Assembly: GCA_963770895.1 (NCBI GenBank)
Contig: CAVYRF010000002.1
Span: 1,824,001-1,888,000 of the forward strand
Reading direction: 5' to 3'
DNA from: an uncultured Acidobacteriota bacterium
Lineage (GTDB): Bacteria > Acidobacteriota > Thermoanaerobaculia > Multivoradales > UBA5704
Length of the DNA: 64,000 nucleotides
Each line of letters starts with the position of its first letter. Position 1 is the first letter of the stretch. The translations under genes and the position numbers were made by a program. Under the pieces are notes generated by a model, which was given only the letters and a program-made list of their open reading frames with translations, was not told where the DNA came from and did not search any database. Positions 47,301-56,037 of the stretch are shown here, in pieces.

Positions 47301-49854
47301 GTACGCCTGGCAGCAGCAGCCGGGTGAGCCCGCCGCCGGTGATGGATGCCGTGCCCCCCACCTCGGCAGCCCAGTCGACGACCAGCTCGGTTTCGCCATC
47401 CGGCACTGCGGCCGGCAGCCGCCGCAAGAGCACCAGGGTGCCGCTGGCATTGCCGATCATCAGCAGGCCGGGGCCGCAGGCGGCGATCATGCGTACGGCG
47501 GCGGCCGCTTCGTAGACCACCTTGCGGCGCGGGGCTCGCAGGTTGCGACCGTCAAACAGCAGCCGCAAGCAGCGACCGTTGTCACAGCCGGCGATCAGCT
47601 CGCCGGTGCCGTCGGCATCCGGGCACCATTCCAGCACGCGGACGGGCGTGTATCCGTCGCCGACGGCGGGAACCTCGGGTGGGCTCTCGTAGCGCACCTG
47701 CAGAGCGCCGTTGCCGGCCGTCACCCGCAGCAGTCCGACGTCTTCCCGCCGCCCTCCGACCGCGATGGCGCCTCCCGGCAGGAGCTTGAAGCCATAGATG
47801 AAGAAGGTTCCAGCGGCGCCTTCGACTGGCTGCGGCGGCGGCCAGCGCAGGCTCTCGGAGGCGCCGACCATGACGTCGGCAAGCGGCAACGAGGTCCATC
47901 CGCGGTCGCGATGGAAAAGGATCAGGTGCTGTCGGGCGGTGGCGGGGTCGCGCCATACGACAGCCTGTTGCAACCGCGTTATCGGGCCTTTTTCATCCTT
48001 GGCCCGGGTGGAGATCAGTCGCTGTCCAAAATTATCCAGCAGATAGGCAAATCCTTCGTCGTACGAAGTGGCAAGCAGCAGGAAGTCATCGCCGTCCCTG
48101 CCGGCCTCGATCTTCTGCAGGGTCGTGACAACCTGCGGCAGCTTGATCGAAGTCCGCTCCGTGTACAGCCGCTCAGCCAGCAAGGAGCGGTAGATCGCCG
48201 CGTCGTAGATGTGATCGCGGCCGTTCTGCTCGTTGAAGCGGGCCAATTTGTGCAAGTTCTGGCGCTTGTCGAAAAAGGACAGGCCGTCCAGGTTGTACTT
48301 GCCGATGTGATGCAGCAGATCCAGCGCAGTGGCGCAAAAGGGCTCATGGTGCTGCGCCACTTCGGCGACCCGCGACTGGACTTCCCGGCACCAGCCGGAG
48401 CCTGCGTCGATCAGCAGGTGGTAGACGATCAGCAGCAGCCGGCGATGGTCGGCGGGTCCCCAGGGCGCGCGCTCGACCTGCCGCAAAAGCCAGTCGCTGG
48501 TTCTGAACAGGAGGGCCAGCACATTACGCCGCAGCTCGCGATCGTCAGGTTGGGCCTGAAGATGCTTCAGCACCGTTGCGAGGTCGTCGATCCCGGCCGC
48601 CCGCGACCAATCCTGAACGCGCCGGTCGAACTCCTGCTTGGTGAGGATGCAAATTTCTTGCAGCTGGTGATTGCCGAGCGCCACAAAGATCGTCGTCGCT
48701 GGCACCGACCTCGCTGCGCCGCGGTCACGGACGGCGAGGGCCAGGACACGCTCGCCCAGCGGCACGGTGAACTGCCGGCCGGTGAACAGCCAGCTGGGCA
48801 TGGCAGACCGGCCGTCCATCACGATTTCCGGGGCATGGTAGAAGTGCAGGAAAGAGTCGTTGGCGCCCGCCGCCAGCCACAACGCGTCGCCGAAATCGAT
48901 CCAGGCGAGTGACGATACGCGGTCGGCGATCGGGCGATCGGTCACCAGGCGCGACTTCGACGTCCCCTCGCCGCCGGCGTCCGCGTGCCAATGGACGATG
49001 TATTTGACATTGCCGCCCTGCGCCACGGCCAGAACGTCGCAGGGCAAGGGCACGCATGCCGGCTGTGGCATCGCGGCCAAGGCGCGGATCGGTCCCGGCT
49101 CTCCCGACAGCCGGTCCGGATGTGACGCGAACGCTTCCGCGGGCGCGAAGTCGACTTGATACAGCCCGCCAAGCATGGTCCCGGCATAGATCCGTGGCGC
49201 GGGACTGCCTGGCCGCGGCTCCCCGGCGGCATAGAGCACGGCCACGGGCTCCCGCGGCGAGGCCAGACGCTGGCGATGGACCGACGGCGGTTCCGGCTTG
49301 GACGGCGGTTCCGGCTTGGCGGCAGGGAAGCCGATGGCTGCACGGACGATGCCGCCATCGGCCAGGCTCACCCAGAGCTCCCGCCGCCCTTCCAGGTAGA
49401 GCAGCGACAGGATGCGCGCCCCCAGGTCGATGCGATGGACGCGCCCGAGCTCGCTGTCGTCCACCCAAGCCGGCTTGCCGGTCTCGTAGTCAAGGAACTG
49501 CAATCCGCCGCCGCCGGCGCCGGCGGCGACCAGCGTTCTCTCGCTGCACGGATCGCAGCGCTCGGCCTGCTCCTCATGGCAATAGATCAGTGTGAGATCG
49601 TAGATCGGGCCTGCGGTGCCGCCTTGGCTGGTGTCCCCCGGCGAGGTCCAGACAACCTGCAAATCAAGGCCAAGCCGCAGGATCTGTCCGCTCTTGTCGC
49701 CGCAGAGGAGGCCGTTGTCCTCTTTCAGGCTATAGCGATCGATCAGTTTCAGCGATCGGGTCTCGTAGGCAAGCGTGAATTTGCCGAGCACCTCGTGGCG
49801 GCCGGAGACGTTGGGGTACTTCGATGGGAACCCTTCAGCGGGCGTGCGGTTCAT
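44311..49854 (-). CDS. Giant soluble histidine kinase (WD40-like beta-propeller regions + helical region + HisKA/HATPase)
   Basis: H-box QFHHIGSPI, NLLDNACKYS, DEGDGL, GLGLGL and GTTFTVTLP. WD40-like blades (VSSLAW..LAAGANDSFLHFY; VRVLEW..LIAGCDNG; VALACFDKSIRI). No clear TM helix. Confidence 0.88.
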   Translation of the reverse strand: MNRTPAEGFPSKYPNVSGRHEVLGKFTLAYETRSLKLIDRYSLKEDNGLLCGDKSGQILRLGLDLQVVWTSPGDTSQGGTAGPIYDLTLIYCHEEQAERCDPCSERTLVAAGAGGGGLQFLDYETGKPAWVDDSELGRVHRIDLGARILSLLYLEGRRELWVSLADGGIVRAAIGFPAAKPEPPSKPEPPSVHRQRLASPREPVAVLYAAGEPRPGSPAPRIYAGTMLGGLYQVDFAPAEAFASHPDRLSGEPGPIRALAAMPQPACVPLPCDVLAVAQGGNVKYIVHWHADAGGEGTSKSRLVTDRPIADRVSSLAWIDFGDALWLAAGANDSFLHFYHAPEIVMDGRSAMPSWLFTGRQFTVPLGERVLALAVRDRGAARSVPATTIFVALGNHQLQEICILTKQEFDRRVQDWSRAAGIDDLATVLKHLQAQPDDRELRRNVLALLFRTSDWLLRQVERAPWGPADHRRLLLIVYHLLIDAGSGWCREVQSRVAEVAQHHEPFCATALDLLHHIGKYNLDGLSFFDKRQNLHKLARFNEQNGRDHIYDAAIYRSLLAERLYTERTSIKLPQVVTTLQKIEAGRDGDDFLLLATSYDEGFAYLLDNFGQRLISTRAKDEKGPITRLQQAVVWRDPATARQHLILFHRDRGWTSLPLADVMVGASESLRWPPPQPVEGAAGTFFIYGFKLLPGGAIAVGGRREDVGLLRVTAGNGALQVRYESPPEVPAVGDGYTPVRVLEWCPDADGTGELIAGCDNGRCLRLLFDGRNLRAPRRKVVYEAAAAVRMIAACGPGLLMIGNASGTLVLLRRLPAAVPDGETELVVDWAAEVGGTASITGGGLTRLLLPGVPVDPGLPEPPPRLRQVLLASDSAGLLHVVRLDDPIEHSYAIRLADSDALAIEHLVLLAAPDSPLSASEDEERGHTLVALACFDKSIRIVALCHRAESVRRLNHDIAIAAAGALAHAGARLPATLERSLTASIESSLHSGRLIPELLAAIAHKASSDAGAGAGLDASMLRQALEEVAWLLASVGMPTEAPSALAFRLRYDDEEGFSSLLPELITLAAGHIRTPGGRHPNLRLRYALRCAFRLAAFSCGDLSPDLRPQLARLVHLCHDLCRNWGPESSEDNLRCRLVVAHMFFRYSNGSALEVFLGDELNGELASFGGRSMKSLLVERVLNDPRLALPFRTSQAIRRMMAYDVRRSARQPVIAYLLPMLLQRLRDCHFDQHDTWLAIELYRCVQAVQQAYGYSDWDLLASLVDGTCRLAVLEFVARRHRVHPPAERRCTEILVALCQAGSSPPGDARGGEARRTLFRLLHKAPAQTASQRAFRDVYNLCGIAIAFDGGVDPHLRESARAHVGTLAWEGSHLPADHSLALAQCAQSLIEISQLPPSAAFAAARTLYSALRRSADRLLVVRQANVTEKMRGVIAAVFATACDAVLRQVEIEFDFVAPLRFLQQEAPEEPEDSFDEGILRRRLLDYASLHGELARAQHVLLLTKDPSAKGVILNSDAAATMTHSSVIRRQLKRLLPDIEIGRLKREADDLLAAAPLLGDPPTPELFKLDSGGILLGEVVPVLRNGQRYALLFFAYEREAAPDPSTRALCRMVPQFLVHEFIRSVQTHRLLALQFHHIGSPINAMRNVLKRLERRPASLIAGDLSYLKDLAEDCALMISNHQNYMRMVRGMSPPTLLKRFDLVAEMEFRRRIVQSLYKDTHVVHWQARREPVEVMLDQMMVGDIVQNLLDNACKYSPADSEVVLDVRRHRREVFIEVRDEGDGLPATIAASLYGEGVRGDSESEETHHPGLGLGLFMVYRYVQWLGGDVRFACRPAAGTTFTVTLPKEATPL

Positions 49855-50043
49855 TCTGAATTGGACAGGTGAGTGCAGGCCACAATCACTACATGGTCAC
49901 ACGGAACAAATCGCTGCGAAATTTCTATGGCAAAGCTATCACCGGCCCCTGGGTTATGCAATGTTTAGCATACTGCGCACATGTCTATATCATGATCAAC
50001 GGACGCGCCGTTGCGGTGGTGAGCCGATGTCGCGATCCGCGCG

Positions 50044-51231
50044 CTACAGCGGCGCCAGCAGCAGCAGGGCCAGGAGCGCGGCGCGCTCGGGCAGGCGATC
50101 GACGACGATGTGTTCGTGGGCGGCGTGGGCGCCGTCGCCGACGGCTCCCAGGCCGTCCAGGGTGGCGGTGTACAGGCTGGTGGTGTTGCCGTCGGAGCCT
50201 CCTCCGGCGGTGCTTTCGTCGAGCTGGAAACCGAGCTGCGCGGCGGCGCGCTGGGCGGCGGCGATGAGGGTCTGGTTGCGCGGGGTGCGCTCCAGGGGCG
50301 GCAGGTCGACGCGGTCGGTGATCTCGATGCGGGTGCCGGGCACGATTGGACGCAGGGCCGCGATGCGGTCTTCCAGCTGCGTGCGGGCGGCCATGGTCAG
50401 GGTGCGGACGCCGACCTGGGCGGTGGCCAGGGGTGGGATGACGTTGATCCTTTCGCCTCCGGCGATGGTGGCGACGTTGATCAGGGTGCCTTGCGCCGGG
50501 TCGGCGAGCTGGTGCAGGGCCTGGATGACGTGGGCCAGCTCCAGGATGGCGCTGGCTCCCTTCTCCGGCTCCAGGCCGGAGTGCGCGGCCCTGCCGTGGA
50601 CGGTGACGGTGAATTGGCCGAAACCCTTGCGGCGGGTCTTCAGCCGCCCTTCCGGTCCCAGCGCCGGCTCCAGCACGTAGACGCGGGCCATGCGCCGCGC
50701 CAGGTGCGCGACCGCGGGCCGCGAATCGCAGCTGAAGATCTCTTCGTCGGAGTTGATGAAGACCACCGGCGTGGCGGGCGGTTCCAGCCCCAGCTCGCGC
50801 AGGGCGCGCAGGGCGAAGAGCGCCTGGGTCAGGCCGGCTTTCATGTCGAAGACGCCGGGGCCGTACAGACGGCCGTCCCGCAGGACGACCGGCATCTGCT
50901 CCAGGGTTCCCAGGGGCCACACGGTGTCGACGTGCCCGAGCAGCAGCTGCGCCCGGCGTCCGTGCCTCCGCCGCGCCGGCACCGCCAGGAGCTGGCCGCC
51001 GCTGCTGACGCCGCGCCGCCGCCGGACTTTGTAGCCGCAGTCCGCCAGGGCCGCCGCCAGCAGGTCGAAGGCCGGTCCCTGCGCCTCGGGGCAGAGCGAG
51101 GGCGTCTCGATCAGCGCCAGCCGGCACAGAAAGTCGAGCATCTGGTCCTGGCGGTCCCGCAGCCAGGCCAGCAGGTCCTTTGCAGTTGCCGCCGGCACGC
51201 CGATCAGGGTCGAAGGGGTGTTCTCGAGCAC
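50044..51231 (-). CDS. M20-family metallopeptidase (glutamate carboxypeptidase-like)
   Basis: LLGHVDTVW, GPGVFDMKAG, SDEE, VLEP, GRAAHSG, GGSDGN and GAHAAHE. Confidence 0.93.
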   Translation of the reverse strand: MLENTPSTLIGVPAATAKDLLAWLRDRQDQMLDFLCRLALIETPSLCPEAQGPAFDLLAAALADCGYKVRRRRGVSSGGQLLAVPARRRHGRRAQLLLGHVDTVWPLGTLEQMPVVLRDGRLYGPGVFDMKAGLTQALFALRALRELGLEPPATPVVFINSDEEIFSCDSRPAVAHLARRMARVYVLEPALGPEGRLKTRRKGFGQFTVTVHGRAAHSGLEPEKGASAILELAHVIQALHQLADPAQGTLINVATIAGGERINVIPPLATAQVGVRTLTMAARTQLEDRIAALRPIVPGTRIEITDRVDLPPLERTPRNQTLIAAAQRAAAQLGFQLDESTAGGGSDGNTTSLYTATLDGLGAVGDGAHAAHEHIVVDRLPERAALLALLLLAPL

Positions 51232-51390
51232 CGGACCGAAGTGTAAGGCCTCTTGCCACGGCCTCGTCCAGCTCGATCCCCGCCCTGGGCGCCGCGGTCT
51301 GGCGGCGGGGACTGGGAACTTCTGTGGCTGGGTTCCGTATACAGGGAGAGAGGCCGAGTGGCTGATCGCGATCTTTCAGGAGATGCCGCA

Positions 51391-51735
51391 GTGCCCCAGA
51401 TGCCAAAGGCGGAATCGGTGGTGGTTCTCATCATGTCCCTGGCGACCCTCGGCATGACGGCCGCCGCGCTGGTCCAGCTCGCGCACGAGCCGGGCTGGAC
51501 CGCGGTCGTTGCGGCGCCGTCGGCAGGTGCCGCCGCAACGCCAGCGGCCGCGCCGGCAACCGTGCTGCCCGGCAGGCCCGCTGCGCCGGCGGCCAGGGCG
51601 CTGCCGGATGCCGGTCCCGAGGTTTGCCGGCTGGATCGCAAGGCGTCGCCTGCCGGCGCGCCCGCCCCGGCAGAGCGAAGCGGCGACGGCCACCGGACCT
51701 GTCGGGGCTCGCACCCTCCAGCGCGTCCAACCTGA
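51391..51735 (+). CDS. Small hypothetical protein with an N-terminal hydrophobic segment
   Basis: AGGAG before GTG 51391 (or ATG 51400). Single TM/signal segment followed by an Ala/Pro-rich tail. Confidence 0.4.
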   Translation: MPQMPKAESVVVLIMSLATLGMTAAALVQLAHEPGWTAVVAAPSAGAAATPAAAPATVLPGRPAAPAARALPDAGPEVCRLDRKASPAGAPAPAERSGDGHRTCRGSHPPARPT

Positions 51736-51892
51736 TCTGTCCGCATCACCCCTGCCGCAGGCGCTTGGCTCCTACACTCTCGCCGGAGAGGAGCGGCTGA
51801 GATGGAGGTCTGCCTCCATTGATCCCTGAGGGAACGGAAGCTGGCGGCCCAAAACGCCTTGGGCCGATCGGTTTGGGTAGAATGCCTGGCCG

Positions 51893-54800
51893 ATGAGCGG
51901 CTCTCTTCCTCCGGCGCAACGATTCAGCCATCTTGAGCTCTGGCGTAGCGGCGTCGGACTGGTGCCGGCCGAGGGGGCGCGGGGATCGGCCTCCGCCGTG
52001 CATATCGGCGAAGTGCCGGGAAGCCGGTTGCCGCTGCGTTCGTGCACGTGCGCCGACAGCCAGAAGCGGACCTGCGATCACCTGCGCGACCTGGGGCGCG
52101 CCCTGGGCGAGCTCAAGCGGCACCTTGGCGGCGCGGCCTGGCAGGAGATGTTTGCCGCCACCGTCTGGTACCGGCTGGCAAAGATCCTCTTCGCGGAGAG
52201 CGGCATCGGCTGCGCGGCCGTGCTGGTCAGCCGTGTCGAAGTGGACGGACGGGCGGCGATCCGCATCACCGGGGGCGGCGGCGAGGAGCTGGCGAGCTAC
52301 CTTGACGGCTCCGGCGCCCAGGTCCGGTTCCTCGAGCGTGCGGGCAAGATGGCGCCCTCGGACGCGGCCTTCGACCGTGCCCGCCTGCTCGACCGGCTGG
52401 CGCTCTTTCAGCGCACCAAGGCCGAGCGCGAGTTGGCGGAGCGCGGCGCCAAGACGCAAGGTCAGGCGTGGGAGGAGAGCTTCTGGCACCGGCTTGCCTA
52501 CCACTGCGTGCGCGAATTCGAGGACCGCGAGGGGAGCTTCCACCCGGCGATCGACACCGGCTCCGGGCGTTTCACCCTCACTTACCGCTGGCAGGGCGAG
52601 CCGGTCGTGCGAGTGGGCGTGCCGCGCGGTTCCGTCCAGCCGGCGCTGCGGCTGCTGGCCCAAGCGTTCCCGGAGCAGGAGGACCTGGCGATCTCGCCGC
52701 TGCCTCTGCAGTCGATCCTGCACGTCGGCGCCGAGACGCGCTTCGACCTGGACGAAGTCGTGGTGCGGCCGGCGATCCGGGCGATCCAGGCAGCGGGCGG
52801 CGAGCGCTACCTCTTCCAGGCCGAGGTCGACAAGTTCCGCTACGGCAGCCTGGTCTACCTGCGCGAGCTGGGCGTGCTCGCCGAGCTCGAGCGGCCGGGC
52901 AAGGAGCGCAAGTTCCGCGCCCCAGCGCACCTGAAGCTCAGTCGCTGCCAGATCCCGGGCTTCCTGGCCGAGCACCGGGAGGAGGTCGTCCAGGGGCGGG
53001 TGGTGCTCGACGCTCCGTTGCGCAATCGCAGGATCTGGAAGGAGATCGACTGGATCCAGGCGAGCGGCGAAGCGGCGGCGCGGAGCTGGTATTGGCTGGC
53101 GATGGAATACGGCTTCGGCAACCATTCCCTCTCGCTCGCCGACCTCCTGGCCGCACGGCGCGGCGGCCTGCCGTTCCTGGAGACCCCGGACGGCTGGATC
53201 GATCTTCACGCTCCTGCCTTCGACCATCTCGACCGCCTGGTCGAGGTGACGGAGGCGGGGGCCGGCGGTGCCGGCCTGCCCGCGACACCGCCCGATTCCG
53301 ATCGTCTGGCGATCCCGGCCCTGGAGCTGCTGCGTCTGCAGGCGCTCCTGGGCCGGCCGCTGGCGATCGCCGGCGACGCGGCGCGCGGCGCCGCCGCGCC
53401 GCTCGGGACGCTTTTGGGCCAGCGCCCCCGCGATCCGCTCGGGCCGCTCGGCGCCCTGGCGTCGCCCCTGCGGCCCTACCAGCGGCTGGGGGTCGAGTGG
53501 CTGCGCTTTCTTGCCGACAACGGGCTCTCCGGCCTGCTCTGCGACGACATGGGACTGGGCAAGACCCACCAGGTGATGGCGCTGCTGGCGAGCTTGCTGG
53601 AAGACGGGCGCGCCACCGCGCCGTTCCTGGTCGTCTGCCCCACGAGCGTGATCAGCCACTGGCGCAACAAGCTGCGCGAGCACGCGCCGGGACTGCGTGC
53701 GGTGATCCACCACGGCAGCGACCGGAGTGAGGACAGCCTGGCGCTGCTGCGGCCCGGAGACGTCCTGGTGACCTCGTATGGCGTGCTGCGGCGCGAGGCG
53801 GAGGAGCTTTCTCGCGTCGCTTTCACGGTCGCGGTGTTCGACGAGGCGCATCATCTCAAGAACCCCGGCACGCAAGCCTTTCGCGCCGCCGGCGGCCTGC
53901 GCGCCGAGATGCGGCTGGGGCTCACCGGGACGCCGATCGAGAACGCCACCGGCGATCTCAAGGCGCTGTTCGACCTGGTGCTGCCCGGCTATTTCGGCAG
54001 CGACGCCGACTTCACGCGGCGTTACGGCCGCGACGCCCGTCCGGCGCAGGGCGCCGCCGCGCAGCAGGGACTGGGGTTGGCCTGGAGCGACGACCTGCGG
54101 CTTGCCGAGCTGCGCCGCGCCATCTCGCCTTTCGTGTTGCGCCGCCTCAAGTCGACGGTGCTCGCCGAGCTGCCGGACAAGATCGAAGACCTTCGCACCT
54201 GCGCCCTGTCCGACGACCAGGTGAAGCTCTACCGCGACGCGATCGCCGGGCGCGGGGACGCTCTCGCCCGCGAGCTGGTGGCGGCGGCCGGCCCGGTGCC
54301 CTACATCCACGTCTTCGCCCTCCTCAACCTGCTCAAGCGGATCTGCGACCATCCCTGCCTCGCCCTGGGCCGCCTCGACGACGTCGAGCAGTGGCGTTCG
54401 GGCAAGTGGGACCTTTTCCGCGAGATTCTGGACGAGACCCTGGGCAGCGGCCTCAAGGTCGTCGTCTTCAGTCAGTTCCTGGGCATGATCGAGCTCATGC
54501 AACGGCACCTCACCGGCCTGGGAGTCGGCTTCGCCACCCTTACCGGGTCCAGCGGCGGCAGCGTCCGCCGCGGCGAAATCGTCGACCGCTTCAACCGTGA
54601 TCCAGACTGCCGTGTGTTCCTGGGCAGCCTCAAGGCCGGCGGCACCGGCATCGACCTGGTGGGCGGCTCGGTGGTCGTGCACTACGACCGCTGGTGGAAC
54701 GCGGCACGCGAAGACCAGGCGACCGATCGCGTCCATCGCATCGGACAGCAGCGCGCGGTGCAGGTCGTCAAGCTCATCACCGAGGGCACGCTCGAAGAGA

Positions 54801-54934
54801 AGATCGCCGCGATCATCGCCAGCAAGCGCCACGTCCTCGACCAGGTCGTCGCCGAGGACGACCCCGGTCTGGCCAAGCTCTTCACCCGCGACCAGCTTCT
54901 GGACCTGCTGCGCCCCCCCGGCCCCGCCGCCTAG
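51893..54934 (+). CDS. SWIM zinc finger + SNF2-family helicase/ATPase
   Basis: CTC..CDH SWIM motif, LRPYQ, DDMGLGKT, DEAH, LTGTPIEN, LRRLK, VFSQF and DRWWN..EDQATDRVHRIGQ. Confidence 0.95.
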   Translation: MSGSLPPAQRFSHLELWRSGVGLVPAEGARGSASAVHIGEVPGSRLPLRSCTCADSQKRTCDHLRDLGRALGELKRHLGGAAWQEMFAATVWYRLAKILFAESGIGCAAVLVSRVEVDGRAAIRITGGGGEELASYLDGSGAQVRFLERAGKMAPSDAAFDRARLLDRLALFQRTKAERELAERGAKTQGQAWEESFWHRLAYHCVREFEDREGSFHPAIDTGSGRFTLTYRWQGEPVVRVGVPRGSVQPALRLLAQAFPEQEDLAISPLPLQSILHVGAETRFDLDEVVVRPAIRAIQAAGGERYLFQAEVDKFRYGSLVYLRELGVLAELERPGKERKFRAPAHLKLSRCQIPGFLAEHREEVVQGRVVLDAPLRNRRIWKEIDWIQASGEAAARSWYWLAMEYGFGNHSLSLADLLAARRGGLPFLETPDGWIDLHAPAFDHLDRLVEVTEAGAGGAGLPATPPDSDRLAIPALELLRLQALLGRPLAIAGDAARGAAAPLGTLLGQRPRDPLGPLGALASPLRPYQRLGVEWLRFLADNGLSGLLCDDMGLGKTHQVMALLASLLEDGRATAPFLVVCPTSVISHWRNKLREHAPGLRAVIHHGSDRSEDSLALLRPGDVLVTSYGVLRREAEELSRVAFTVAVFDEAHHLKNPGTQAFRAAGGLRAEMRLGLTGTPIENATGDLKALFDLVLPGYFGSDADFTRRYGRDARPAQGAAAQQGLGLAWSDDLRLAELRRAISPFVLRRLKSTVLAELPDKIEDLRTCALSDDQVKLYRDAIAGRGDALARELVAAAGPVPYIHVFALLNLLKRICDHPCLALGRLDDVEQWRSGKWDLFREILDETLGSGLKVVVFSQFLGMIELMQRHLTGLGVGFATLTGSSGGSVRRGEIVDRFNRDPDCRVFLGSLKAGGTGIDLVGGSVVVHYDRWWNAAREDQATDRVHRIGQQRAVQVVKLITEGTLEEKIAAIIASKRHVLDQVVAEDDPGLAKLFTRDQLLDLLRPPGPAA

Positions 54935-54980
54935 CCCGGCGCCAGCTGCAGCAGCCGCGGTGCTGCCCGACGCCGCGGGA

Positions 54981-55817
54981 TCAGGGGGTTGCGGGCTCGA
55001 GGTTTTCCTGGCGGAACTCGGGGCTGGCGTGGACGTCGACCTGGCGCAGCGGGGTGTCGCCGGTGTTGACGAAGCGGTGCGGGGTGCGGGCGGGGACGGC
55101 GACGATGTCGCCGGCGGCGATGCTGTGCTGCTGGTCGCCGATGTAGACGGTGCCCGTGCCCTCGAGCACGACGATCACCTCGTCGTATTCGTGCCGGTGC
55201 AGCTTGGGGCCCCGCCCCGGCGGCGCCGTGAGCAGATAGAGCGAGGAGGCGACGCCGTGGCGGGCGCCGGCAAACTGGTGCGACATGCCGACGAAGGGCA
55301 GGTCTGCGATGCGGACGATCGAGGCCGGAGCGCTGGGCGGTTCGCGGTAGGGGTCCTTGCGGCCCGCGGGCGGCGAGCTGAGGGCGATCAGCAGCGCGGC
55401 CGCGGAGGCCGAGTAGACCGAATAGTCCAGAGGCGACTTGAGACCGAAGGAGATCGCCATGGCGGTGGCGAAGACGGCGAGCAGCACGGAAGCGGCGATG
55501 CCGGTCAAGCGGGGCCACAGCCCCAGCACCAGGGCCACGCCGCAGGTGAGCTCGGCCGCGGTGGCCGCCCAGGCAAGGTAGGGGATGCTGGCCGCGGGCA
55601 TGAACGAGTTGACCTGGGCGGTGTAGCGCTCGAAGTCTGGGAAGTAGGCGAGGCCGGGATGCTCCTTCCAGATCCCGAAGCGGCTGGCCACGGCGGACAG
55701 AAACGCCGCAGCCAGGGCGATCCTGGCGTAGACAAGGCCGGCCCGCGGCCAGGAAAAAGGCGCGGCGGCGCGCGCCTGGGGAGCGGCGGATGACGAGGTC
55801 GAGGGATCTGTGCTCAT
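54981..55817 (-). CDS. DoxX-family membrane domain fused to a cupin domain
   Basis: ARIALAAAFLSAVASRFG..KSPLDYSVY (DoxX-like) followed by HRHEYDE..GD...VPARTPHRF (cupin). AGGAGG RBS. Confidence 0.85.
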   Translation of the reverse strand: MSTDPSTSSSAAPQARAAAPFSWPRAGLVYARIALAAAFLSAVASRFGIWKEHPGLAYFPDFERYTAQVNSFMPAASIPYLAWAATAAELTCGVALVLGLWPRLTGIAASVLLAVFATAMAISFGLKSPLDYSVYSASAAALLIALSSPPAGRKDPYREPPSAPASIVRIADLPFVGMSHQFAGARHGVASSLYLLTAPPGRGPKLHRHEYDEVIVVLEGTGTVYIGDQQHSIAAGDIVAVPARTPHRFVNTGDTPLRQVDVHASPEFRQENLEPATP

Positions 55818-56037
55818 GGTTGTAACCTCCTGGGCCTGGTCGTCGAAGCCCACCGGTGAAGCCTAGTCGAAGGTGGACAACCCAGAAAGATCCATTTATG
55901 GAATTTCTGCTGGTCCACTTGGAGCCCGCTCCAAAGGGCCGCGGCATATTTTTTGCTGCGCGGTTGGGAAGATGCCGTTTCACGCAGACGGTGTCGCCGG
56001 TTGCCAGCGAAAGTTCCCAACGAAAGCGAGGTCCGCG

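Noticed and set aside
51740-51892. Hairpins upstream of the SNF2 gene as a riboswitch
   Set aside because: Stems are present (atggagg/cctccat; ggcccaa/ttgggcc) but no recognisable aptamer consensus.
51893-54934. SNF2 helicase as part of a defence system with the kinase-protease module
   Set aside because: It is a stand-alone SWIM-SNF2 type on the opposite strand, separated by an M20 peptidase, with no methylase or nuclease partners.
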